Source: Thermoplasmata archaeon
GTDB taxonomy: Archaea > Thermoplasmatota > Thermoplasmata > Lutacidiplasmatales > UBA184
Direction of reading: 5' to 3'
Assembly (NCBI GenBank): GCA_049285595.1
Contig: JBAQAF010000013.1
Location: forward strand, 61,200-125,199
DNA length: 64,000 nucleotides
Below the pieces are notes generated by a model. It did no database searches, was not told the origin of the DNA, and saw only the letters and a program-made list of their open reading frames with translations. Both the position numbers and the translations under genes were made by a program. Positions 9,418-18,193 of the stretch are shown piece by piece (within the stretch, counting starts at the first letter, position 1; each line of letters opens with the position of its first letter).

Positions 9418-9592
9418 ATTTCCAATCGAGGAGGACCCTTGCCGTTGCGGCCAACCGATCTCGACGGAAGGGGTGGTGCCACGGAGTTCCCCTGGGTCGC
9501 GCAGGTTCGCGACGGCTCGGTTCGGGAGCATCTAGGCCGGGATCGGAACCGAACTCCTCGGCGAATCCCTCCTTCGGCTTCGGGCCGGAAGT
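9418..9592 (+). repeat. Unit C of the reiterated tRNA-Cys-locus repeat (most decayed)
   Basis: Left end ATTTCCAATCGAGGAGGA, internal GCAGGTTCGCGACGG and GGAACCGAAC, right end gaatccctccttcggct. All match units A and B by eye. Confidence 0.6.
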
Positions 9593-9982
9593 GAACCGTG
9601 GGTTCAGTTCCCACCTGGGGTCGGGGGCACGCGTCCTTCGCACCTCGGGGAAGCGATCCGATGCTCCCTGGTGCCGGGGGTGCTTAGGTACCCCTCTCCC
9701 TCGAGAACGATCGCCCATTCTCGCGAGGATTCCGCCGTTTTGCCCAGAAGCCTCCCTCCGGAACTCTTCCCAGTTGCAATCGCGTGGGCAACTTAGGTGG
9801 GCGCCTTCGACATAGCACCTACTCACACAGGAGGCAGATCTCCGCGGCCCGGGGGGTACGGGATCCGTCTCCCCAGACCTGCGGGTGAGCGGGCGGACCC
9901 TCCTTGGGTGGGGGCGGCCGGAGGAGCCGTGAGCTCCGACCGCTCCTGGAGGAGTCCGCGGCGGTGGGTGCCTCCGTCCTTC

Positions 9983-10741
9983 TCAGGGGGGGCTGGTGAG
10001 GTGGCCCGGTAGAATAGCTCCGATGTAGAAAATTGCCGCGAGCGCCGCCAGGAACATGAAGATGGGGAACCAGACGGTCGCAAGGTAGACCCAGGGGGGA
10101 ACGCGGTAGTGGCCCTTCTCGGTCCCCTCCCCCGCCGCCTTGCTCTCCTCGGCTTCTTCCGAGATCGGCTTCATGCTCAGGGAGAGCTTCGGGAAGGTCG
10201 AACCGGGGTGTTCGAGCCACCAATCCACGACCAAGGAGGCTGGGAGCGCGAAGACACCCGCGGCGGCGTACGCGCCGTATAGGAGGAAGGTCTCGAGCGG
10301 GTCCTTCGTGAGCCCGAACGAACCGGGTTTCACGAGGGTCGTGTATCCCCAGTACCCGTACCAGGCGGTGATCACTCCGGCGACGAACGCGAATAAGCCG
10401 GCATACTCCAGCTTCAGTCCAAAGTACCCGACGACGGCGTAGACGAGCATGACCATCGCGAAGAGGCAAATGACGTCTCCAAAGAAAATATCGTACGAGC
10501 CGAGCCCGTCCGACAGCAGGAACGGCCAAGTGTATTCGATGAAAATGCCAATGGCAAGAGAAACCGCGCCGATGAGGCCCGCGGGAACTGCCGACGCCTT
10601 GATGGCCGCCCGCACCCGGGTCGGGTCGTTCCGGAGAAGGTGCCAGAACATTCGAATCGAGGCGTAGGTCAAGACCGCAGCGCCGGCGAGAATCAGCGCG
10701 ACTACAAGTCCCAAGTCATCTATGAACGATACGAACGCCAT
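9983..10741 (-). CDS. Polytopic membrane protein (possibly DUF981-type)
   Basis: 252 aa with about 7 hydrophobic helices and a short acidic loop. GAGG-type RBS (aaggatgaggaaaaATG). Confidence 0.75.
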   Translation of the reverse strand: MAFVSFIDDLGLVVALILAGAAVLTYASIRMFWHLLRNDPTRVRAAIKASAVPAGLIGAVSLAIGIFIEYTWPFLLSDGLGSYDIFFGDVICLFAMVMLVYAVVGYFGLKLEYAGLFAFVAGVITAWYGYWGYTTLVKPGSFGLTKDPLETFLLYGAYAAAGVFALPASLVVDWWLEHPGSTFPKLSLSMKPISEEAEESKAAGEGTEKGHYRVPPWVYLATVWFPIFMFLAALAAIFYIGAILPGHLTSPP

Positions 10742-11179
10742 TTTTCCTCATCCTTCTTGGCCCGTGGGCCTTGGGTCTGGATTGAAGTTTCCCTTATTAG
10801 GGACGAGTAAACCGTTCTTGACCAATCCTCTCCTCGAGCGTCGCATCGAACTGGACCTACACGGGTCTCGCCAGCTACCAGCTACCCTGGCACGGGTTCG
10901 GAACGATCCCCACTGGCGCGGCCGGGTGGAACGGACCCTGACCGTCTCTTTCGGGCTGCGGGCGCCCTCGCTGGCCGGGTGCGCGGACCTTCCACGCCCG
11001 GGGGGAGGCTGGCGGTACCGCGATCCGAAAGGCTCTATGGAGCGCAGTCAGTTTACTCGGGAGTCCCCGTGGCCGCCGGGGGCGGCTTCTCGAACTTGGC
11101 AGGGACCTTGTTCGGGACCGGGTCTTCGATCGCTCCCGGTACGCTCTCCGATGGAACCTCCCATCGTCGCGGTCGAGGA

Positions 11180-12145
11180 TCAGGCGGCTTCGATCCGGGA
11201 GAGCACCGCGAGGGCCTCGACGGTCGCCCAGCGGCTCGGCATCTGGAGCGGCTCGAGCAGCATCGGAAACACGAGCCCGCGGACCGAGTACCCCGCCCGG
11301 GCCGCGTCGAGATCCGGATGGGCGGCATCGAGCGCCCACGTCCCATCCCGGCCGCGCTTCGACTCGAGCCAGCGCCGCGCCGGGGCGAGACGTCGGTCGC
11401 CTCCGTACCCCAGCCGGCTCAGGATTCGCAGCCCCACGAGGAGGTCGTAGTAGTAGTGGTTGGGGTAATGGATCCGGAACCAGGGTGGATATCGGCCGCG
11501 GCCCTCGACCATCAGGTGGTGAAGTAGGTAAAACTCGGCCCCGCGCTCGATCGATCGGCGAACGGAGGGGCTCCGCGCGCCCTCGGGGATCTCGGCGAGG
11601 GCCGCGAGCCCCTCCCAGCCGTCGAGGGTCCCGGTGCGAGAACGGAAGCAGTGCCATCCGCCGTCGGTCTTCTGGGTCCGAACGATCCAGCCGATCGACC
11701 GCTGGACGATCGAGTGGTCGAGGTAACCGAATCGGATCAGCGTCCGTACGGCGTTCCCCGTAACGCAGATCTCCCCGCTCCGACCGGTCAGGTCGCCGCC
11801 CCGCTGGCTCCATCGGTCGAGGATCATCTCGGCGGTCCGCCGGATCCGGGGGTCGGCCCGCGTCATGCCGAGGTCGGCGAGGACGATCGCGAGCCAGTTG
11901 GTCACGATATACTTCGGCCGGTAGAGTTCGCTCGGGGAGGAGCCGGGAGTCGCCCAGTGGCCGTCCCGGAACTGAGAGCTGAGGATCGAGGCGGCCCAAC
12001 CGGTTTTTCCGATCTCTCGAAGAGCTCCCCGGACCTTCGGGTCCGTACGAGAACGTCCCTCGACCTCCATCCAGAATCGTGCGCGGACGCTCGGGTCGGA
12101 GTCTGGACCTAAGAGCCATCGCCGGATTCGGGGGTTGACGTGCAT
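11180..12145 (-). CDS. Prenyltransferase/terpene-cyclase-like alpha/alpha-toroid repeat protein (paralogue of 3558..4595)
   Basis: 321 aa. QKTDGGWHCFRS, PPWFRIHYPNHYYYDLLVGLRIL and RGRDGTWALD are collinear with the 3.5 kb gene. Confidence 0.8.
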   Translation of the reverse strand: MHVNPRIRRWLLGPDSDPSVRARFWMEVEGRSRTDPKVRGALREIGKTGWAASILSSQFRDGHWATPGSSPSELYRPKYIVTNWLAIVLADLGMTRADPRIRRTAEMILDRWSQRGGDLTGRSGEICVTGNAVRTLIRFGYLDHSIVQRSIGWIVRTQKTDGGWHCFRSRTGTLDGWEGLAALAEIPEGARSPSVRRSIERGAEFYLLHHLMVEGRGRYPPWFRIHYPNHYYYDLLVGLRILSRLGYGGDRRLAPARRWLESKRGRDGTWALDAAHPDLDAARAGYSVRGLVFPMLLEPLQMPSRWATVEALAVLSRIEAA

Positions 12146-13135
12146 GTCCGGCAGGAACTCTCTCGGCCCTTAGGGGTTTCCTGTTCTCGCTCCCTCCGAG
12201 CGCTCCGCCCCGAGGCCACATCCCACAGCGGACGCTCACCAATACGAACCGACTCCCGGTCCGGTCGGGCCGCGTTTCATGCTCGGGCGGGGCCTCCCCC
12301 GCGCAAACGGGTACGCCCGCCTCGCCGGAAAGGGGAGAGGGCGGACGGATCTCTCCGATCGATGACTCCCCGCGAGGTGAACACCGTGGTCGAGCGCCTC
12401 GGAACGTCGAAGGAACCGTCGGTTCGGTGGAAGCTTCGCGTCCCGGTCCTCGGAGAATCGCCGGGATCGAAGGCCGTGGCGCGTCGTCGGGAGAGACGGA
12501 CGGGGATTCCGGCGAGGGTACCCAGGAGAGCGATCCCGGTGCCGATCTAGCTGAAGAGGAAGTGGAGCAATCCTCGTTCTCCGTTCAGCCGGTGTTCGGC
12601 GATGAACGAACCGGTCGACGTCCTCAGCGCGAACGGGCTCGGGACGCGCACACGGGGCACCCGCGCTGTTTCTCGGTGGGCGGGTCCGCGAAGAATACCG
12701 GGGAGGGGTGCCGTCTTCGGAGGCAAACGAAGAGGCGCCGCTCGGTTCCATCCCTCCCCCGGAACGGATAAACCCTCCAGTAGACCGTCCGTACTCCGCG
12801 GGACGGGCGGCCGGAGGCGAGAAACCGCTCCGCCGCACGACCCAGTTCCGGACCGCGCCGGGTGGCGAGCCTCAGATCCCTTGACCGAACGAGGGACGCG
12901 GGGACAGTCCAGCCCTTCAGCAAGGCCCGTACGGCGGCGCTCGGATCCCGGAGCGTCCACTCGGTGTACGTTGTCACCGAGACGACCCCCGAGGGACACG
13001 CGCGAACCTGCCAGATTCCCGGTAGCCGGCTAGGGAGGCGCCGGACACGGATCGGCCGGTCGCAATGTCGATAGCATTTCCCTCCGGGCAGCTCGAGCGA
13101 CGTGAGGAGGATCCGCGGGATCGCCCCGGGGCGTT

Positions 13136-13501
13136 TCACAGACGGCGCTCCTTGCGCACCGTCCGGAGCCAGTCGCTGCCGAGGAGGTCGCGCCACGCTC
13201 GGGCCGTCCGGGGAACTTGCTCCGAAAATCCCGTCAGGAGGTGCTGCACCCGTCCGTCAGTCCACTCGAGGAAGACCTGGGGGATCAAGTAATCCGGCGA
13301 GGCGTCCCCGTACGCCCGCACCAGGTGGTCCGCGGCCCTCTCCTGGGGGCGGTGATCGATGTCGAGGATCCGAAGACGCACCCCCAGCAGTTTCGCGAGG
13401 CGCCGACCGTTCTTCACGGAGAGCGGAACGCAGTGCGGGCACCATTGCGCGAGCACGATCGTGAGGCGACTCGCTCGGGCCGTAGCCGGGGATTGGACCA
13501 T
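13136..13501 (-). CDS. Thioredoxin/glutaredoxin-fold protein (CPHC active site)
   Basis: MVQSP...LTIVLAQWCPHCVPL...DYLIPQVFLEWTDG. Start chosen at an internal ATG (13501 or 13513) of track ORF 13136..13600. Confidence 0.7.
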   Translation of the reverse strand: MVQSPATARASRLTIVLAQWCPHCVPLSVKNGRRLAKLLGVRLRILDIDHRPQERAADHLVRAYGDASPDYLIPQVFLEWTDGRVQHLLTGFSEQVPRTARAWRDLLGSDWLRTVRKERRL

Positions 13502-13688
13502 CGGCTCACCCATCGCCTCCTCGCACATTACGGCCCGGTACGGGAGATCGGGCGGCGGCGGGGCGGGCACCGGGGCGAACGTTCCGGCCCGGATAGGCAC
13601 GATGATCGGGGCCGGACGACGCTGGAACTCCGGCGGTGGTCAATCCCGGTGAGCATGGCTTATCGCAGCGAGTTCGATCGGTTCGTCG

Positions 13689-14684
13689 TTGACCGACGGA
13701 CGCGACCGTCCCGCGCCGGGCGATTCGAAGGAGGACGTCGTCTTCGCCGAGAACCTCCGGCACTCCTACGACCGGCGCCGGTTCGCGCTCGACGGGGTCA
13801 GCTTCACGATCCGTCGGGGCGAGGTTTTCGGCCTCCTGGGAAGGAACGGGGCCGGCAAATCTACGCTCATCAAGGCGATGACGACGTTGATCCAGCCTAC
13901 CTCGGGTACCCTGCGGGTGCTCGGGATGGATCCGGCGCGCGACGGGCAGAAAATCCGCTCCCGCATCGGAGTGGTCCAGCAGGCCGAGTCGTTCGATTTC
14001 ACTACGGTGCAGGGGAACCTCGACGTCTACGGGATCCTGTGGGGGGTTCCCAAGGCCGAGCGGGTGCGTCGTCGCGAGCTCCTGTTGACCCGGTTCGGGC
14101 TCGGGGAGATTCGCAAGCAGCGGGCGTTCGACCTCTCGGGAGGCCAGAAGCGACGGGTCCAGGTCGCCCGCGAGTTCATGCACGACATGGAGGTCCTTTT
14201 CCTCGACGAGCCGACGGTCGGTCTCGACGTCATCATGCGCCGTGAGCTGCTCGACTCGGTACGGGACGAGGTCCGCCGCGGTCTCACCGTCGTCTTCACG
14301 ACGCACAACCTCGAGGAGGCGGACTACCTCTGCGACCGGGTCGCGGTGATCGACGAGGGGAAGATTCTCGTCCTCGATGACCTCGAGAACCTGAAGCGCC
14401 TTTACGGGGGCCGGAAGACGATCGACCTCACCGTCAGCGACGGGGACGCGCCGGGGTTCTACACCGCCCTGACGTCCGCGCTCGGACCCGGGGCGACCGT
14501 GACCGTCCAGGACCGGGCGGCGGTCATCCTCACCGACGATCCCAAGGAGGCGCTCGCCCGGATCGTCGATCTCTCGTCGTCGAGGGGGGTCCAGCTGGAG
14601 TGGCTCAACATTCGCAAGAACACCCTCGAGGACGTTTTCCTGCGCTCGGTCGGGCACGGAGGAGAGCCGATTGCCAGTACCTAA
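13689..14684 (+). CDS. ABC transporter ATP-binding protein (ABC-2/DrrA-type exporter)
   Basis: Walker A GRNGAGKST, signature LSGGQKRR, Walker B LFLDEPTVGLD. TTG start, exact start uncertain. Confidence 0.9.
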   Translation: MTDGRDRPAPGDSKEDVVFAENLRHSYDRRRFALDGVSFTIRRGEVFGLLGRNGAGKSTLIKAMTTLIQPTSGTLRVLGMDPARDGQKIRSRIGVVQQAESFDFTTVQGNLDVYGILWGVPKAERVRRRELLLTRFGLGEIRKQRAFDLSGGQKRRVQVAREFMHDMEVLFLDEPTVGLDVIMRRELLDSVRDEVRRGLTVVFTTHNLEEADYLCDRVAVIDEGKILVLDDLENLKRLYGGRKTIDLTVSDGDAPGFYTALTSALGPGATVTVQDRAAVILTDDPKEALARIVDLSSSRGVQLEWLNIRKNTLEDVFLRSVGHGGEPIAST

Positions 14685-15438
14685 CCTCGTCCGCCTGATC
14701 TACCGGAACATCAAGGTCAACACCGACCCAGGAAGCCTCATCATCCTCATCGGCCTCCCCGGGATGTATCTCGTCTTCTTCGGGTTCGGTTTCCAATCGA
14801 TCGCCGCCGCGGGCGGATCCGGCACGCAATACCTCGCCTTCCTGACGCCCGGGATCATGGCGTTCCAGGTCGTCATGGCCGGGACCGTCGGGGGGAGCAT
14901 CCTCTGGGCCGACCGACGCTGGGGGATGTTAGCGCAGCTCCTCGTCGGACCGTTCACGCGGCTTCAGTACCTCCTCGGGATCATGCTCACCTCGATGCTC
15001 TTCGGTCTCGCAGGCTCGGCGGTCATGCTGGGGGTCGCCTACGCCCTGCTCGGCACCGGCCCAACGCACCCTCTCGCCCTCGCCGTGATCTTCGGCTCGA
15101 TCGTCCTCGGCTCGATCTTTTTCGGAGCGCTGATGCTGTTCTTGGCGGGCCTGGTCAAGTCGAACACGGCATACAACAGCATCCAGATCCTCCTCATCTT
15201 CGTGGTCAATTTCGCGAGCACCGTCTTCTACCCGCTGAGCGGCAGGCTTCCGGTCGTCCTGCGGGCCCTGTTCCAGGTGAATCCCCTAACGTACGTCGCG
15301 GACGCCGTACGCGGCGCGTACTCCGGGACGCTCAATGCGACGGACGGACTCCAGGTGCTCGTCCTCGCCGTCGAGACCGCCGTGATCCTGTTCCTGGCGA
15401 TCCGCGCGTACATGCGCTCCGACGTCTCGTATGAGTGA
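14671..15438 (+). CDS. ABC-2 type transporter permease
   Basis: 255 aa with 6 predicted helices. Overlaps the ATPase gene by 14 nt and is preceded by a GGAGGAG RBS. Confidence 0.85.
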   Translation: MPVPNLVRLIYRNIKVNTDPGSLIILIGLPGMYLVFFGFGFQSIAAAGGSGTQYLAFLTPGIMAFQVVMAGTVGGSILWADRRWGMLAQLLVGPFTRLQYLLGIMLTSMLFGLAGSAVMLGVAYALLGTGPTHPLALAVIFGSIVLGSIFFGALMLFLAGLVKSNTAYNSIQILLIFVVNFASTVFYPLSGRLPVVLRALFQVNPLTYVADAVRGAYSGTLNATDGLQVLVLAVETAVILFLAIRAYMRSDVSYE

Positions 15439-15771
15439 GCCCGCGGCGCGGCGAGGCTAGGATATCCGCAGCGCCAGGGCCCCCTGGCTTACCGGACGAT
15501 TGTCAGGGCCGGGTCCGGCAACACGTCGGGACATCGGGCGTTGATGTCCGGACACGACGTGACCTCGACGTCCCGATGGGAGTCCTGAATCTTACCTCGA
15601 CGGCCCCGAGGGGGCTCTCAAGTGCGGCTCGGGAAGAGCCGATCTCCACCAGGTCCTGAACGCTTCGAAACCAACCGCTGCGAAGGACTCCTCTTTGTTC
15701 TAGGAAGTATACTGCGTGGCAGGCTAACAATTAGGGCATGGCTCATATACTCGAATTTACTCGGTCGATTC

Positions 15772-16203
15772 ATGGAAGCGTTGCAACGGCTAAGCCGTCG
15801 CCAAGTCGATGCGCTGCTGGTGGTGCGAAGACTCCAGTCTCCGAGCAAGGGGGCATCCCTCGGGGCCATCGCCGAGGCGCTGAAGGTTCGACCCTCTTCG
15901 GCTCTCGGACATCTGACCCCCCTCGAGGATCTCGGCCTGGTCGAGCGCCACCGGGGCAAGAGCCGACTTACCTCCCGCGGCGATCATACCCTGGAAGAGT
16001 ATCGGCGTCATCATCGCGTGGCGGAGACCCTCTTCGGAAGCTTGGGTCTCGCCCCATCGGAAACGTGCGCTGCGGCACGAGAGATCGACCTCGCCATCTC
16101 TCACCGAACCGTGGAGGAGGTCTGCCGGGCGCAGCAGCACCCGGCCGCCTGCCCCCATGGGGAGCCGATCGGTCCCTGTCACGCCTCGGACCGGGGGCGG
16201 TAG
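15772..16203 (+). CDS. DtxR/MntR-family metal-dependent transcriptional regulator
   Basis: MEALQRLSRRQVDALLVV...LGLVERHRGK...YRRHHRVAETL. Start at ATG 15772, with a CATATAC box 22 nt upstream. Confidence 0.8.
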   Translation: MEALQRLSRRQVDALLVVRRLQSPSKGASLGAIAEALKVRPSSALGHLTPLEDLGLVERHRGKSRLTSRGDHTLEEYRRHHRVAETLFGSLGLAPSETCAAAREIDLAISHRTVEEVCRAQQHPAACPHGEPIGPCHASDRGR

Positions 16204-16233
16204 AGGGCGTCGGGGACGGACGCAGAGGTCTCC

Positions 16234-17304
16234 GTGCAGAAGCAGACGAAGTGGATCCTCGCCATCGCCCTCGCCGCCACGCTCGTGAGCATCGGGGCGG
16301 TGGCTGGCTACATCCTCAGCAACCCCGACCCGTGCAAAGGAGTCACGACGCCGGTCGGGCCTAGTGTGTCTCGTTCCACTCCCGTCCGCGGCGCGGAGCC
16401 GAGTGCCCGCCTCGGAGCGACCGACCCGTCGGTCGCTTCGGTGCGCGCCGGCTCGGCTCCGTCCGGGGGCATCATCATCAACGTGGTCGCCGCCGAGAAC
16501 TTCTGGGGCAGTCTGGTCACCCAGCTGGGGGGCAGCCATGTCAACGTCACGAGCATCATCACGGATCCGAACACGGACCCCCACGAGTATCAGTCGAACG
16601 ACTCGGACGCGAAAGCGATCGCGCACGCGGCGTACGTCATCGTCAACAATGTCGGGTACGACTCCTGGGCGACCCAGATCATCGACGCCGACCACGTCGC
16701 CGGTCAGGTCGTGCTAAACGTCGGCGACAGCCTCGGGGTCCGGGTCACCGGGGGGATTGTGACCGGCAATCCCCACCTCTGGTACAACCCGACCTACGTG
16801 AACCAGACCGTCCTGTGGATGTATGACAACCTTACGGCGATCCAACCGACGCTGGAGCCGTTCTTCACCTCCCAGTACGACAATCTCACGGCATCGCTCG
16901 ACTCGCTCTACTCGGAGGTCGGACATCTGCGGCACCACTTCGCCGGGTCGATTGTCGCCTCCACGGAGAGCATCTTTGTCTACCTCGCGAACGCGACGGG
17001 GCTCGACCTCGTCTCCCCACCGGCGTTCATGGAGGCGGTCGCCGAGGGCAACGATCCGCCCGACCAAAGCGTCGTGACGTTCGAATGCCAGCTCAAGAGC
17101 GGGCATGTGGGCGTGCTCGTCTTTAACGCTCAAACCGTGACCGCGATCACCACCAGTATGAAGGAGATCGCCCAGGCGAACAACGTGAGCGTCATGAGCG
17201 TGACCGAGACCATCGTGCCTCCGACGGCAACGTTCCAGAGCTGGATGGGCGGCCAGCTCGACGCGCTCTACGTAGCCCTCGATGCGAAGTACCTGGGAGA
17301 CTAA
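16234..17304 (+). CDS. Metal (Zn/Mn/Fe) ABC transporter substrate-binding protein, ZnuA/TroA family
   Basis: N-terminal anchor WILAIALAATLVSIGAV. INVVAAENFWGSLVTQLGG...TDPNTDPHEYQ...NPHLWYNP. Confidence 0.85.
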   Translation: MQKQTKWILAIALAATLVSIGAVAGYILSNPDPCKGVTTPVGPSVSRSTPVRGAEPSARLGATDPSVASVRAGSAPSGGIIINVVAAENFWGSLVTQLGGSHVNVTSIITDPNTDPHEYQSNDSDAKAIAHAAYVIVNNVGYDSWATQIIDADHVAGQVVLNVGDSLGVRVTGGIVTGNPHLWYNPTYVNQTVLWMYDNLTAIQPTLEPFFTSQYDNLTASLDSLYSEVGHLRHHFAGSIVASTESIFVYLANATGLDLVSPPAFMEAVAEGNDPPDQSVVTFECQLKSGHVGVLVFNAQTVTAITTSMKEIAQANNVSVMSVTETIVPPTATFQSWMGGQLDALYVALDAKYLGD

Positions 17305-18193
17305 GCGCACTCTCCGGGCGAGCGCATCCAGATACGGGGGAAGACTGTCGTTGTCGTCTGAGGTCACCCGGGCAGACCACCTCGAGGTCGCGTACGGAGG
17401 GGCACCGGTCTGGAGCGACGCGAACTTCAATATCCGCCCCGGCGAGTTCGTCGCGGTCATTGGGCCGAACGGGGCGGGGAAGACCACGTTGTTCCGCCTG
17501 CTCCTCGGCCTGATCCGGCCGATGGGAGGTCAGCTCGAGGTGTTCGGAGCGCCCGCGCGGCGGGGAAACCCGAAGATCGGCTACGTTCCGCAGAGTCACG
17601 CGGTCGATAAGGACACGAATGTGGAGGCCGTGCAACTGGTCCGCCTCGGGGCGGCTTGTTCCCGACCATGGTTCCGGACCCGCCACGGTACCGGCGCAGG
17701 GCGCCGGTGGATCCCGAACCTCTCGGCCGGCATGTACCTCGCCGAAGAGGAAGCGACCCGGGACGCCTTGCGGTCGGTCGGGGCCACGGAGCTCGCGACC
17801 AAGGCGCTCGGGGAGATGTCCGGTGGGGAGCTTCAGCGGATCTTCCTCGCGGAGGCTTTGGCCGGCCGCCCGGAGCTGTTGTTGCTGGACGAACCTCTCG
17901 CGAGCCTCGACATCCGGCGCGCGAAGGAGCTCGTCAACCTCGTCAATGATCTGGTCCGGACCCGGGACGTGGCCACGCTGCTCGTCGCACACGACATCAA
18001 CCCGCTCATCCACTGCCTCGACAAGGTCGTCTACATCGCCAACGGCCGGGTCGCGACGGGCCTCCCGGATGAGGTTCTGACGACGGAGAGCCTGACCGCG
18101 CTCTACGGGGTCCGGGTCGAGGTGCTGCGGGACTCTCGGGGCAACATCGTGATCGTCGGCGGGGAGGACTCCCACAAGGACCCGGTGCCATGA
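17282..18193 (+). CDS. Metal ABC transporter ATP-binding protein (ZnuC/TroB-like)
   Basis: GPNGAGKTT, MSGGELQR, LLLDEP. Start uncertain. Carries an extra ~15-aa basic segment before the signature motif. Confidence 0.85.
   Translation: MRSTWETKRTLRASASRYGGRLSLSSEVTRADHLEVAYGGAPVWSDANFNIRPGEFVAVIGPNGAGKTTLFRLLLGLIRPMGGQLEVFGAPARRGNPKIGYVPQSHAVDKDTNVEAVQLVRLGAACSRPWFRTRHGTGAGRRWIPNLSAGMYLAEEEATRDALRSVGATELATKALGEMSGGELQRIFLAEALAGRPELLLLDEPLASLDIRRAKELVNLVNDLVRTRDVATLLVAHDINPLIHCLDKVVYIANGRVATGLPDEVLTTESLTALYGVRVEVLRDSRGNIVIVGGEDSHKDPVP

Noticed and set aside
12364-12550. Plus-strand ORF fragment resembling the N-terminus of the alpha/alpha-toroid family (EPSVRW...VLGES).
   Set aside because: Similarity is limited to a few residues over about 40 aa. 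No continuation of the family in any frame downstream.
12738-12765. A possible fifth tRNA-Cys-like fragment (ctcggttccatccctcccccggaacgg).
   Set aside because: Only about 20 nt of imperfect similarity, and none of the flanking unit motifs are present. It could be chance in GC-rich DNA.
15540-15590. Candidate C/D box sRNA (gUUGAUGU ... CUGA) with nearby short hairpins in the 330-nt gap before the dtxR-like gene.
   Set aside because: The C box is imperfect, there are no recognisable C'/D' boxes or terminal stem, and the spacing is not convincing.
17640-17730. Arg/Trp-rich extra segment in the metal ABC ATPase (ACSRPWFRTRHGTGAGRRWIPNLSAGMY), considered as a compensated double-frameshift artefact.
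   Set aside because: Neither alternative frame gives a more ZnuC-like sequence over this stretch. It is retained as a lineage-specific insertion pending read-level checks.
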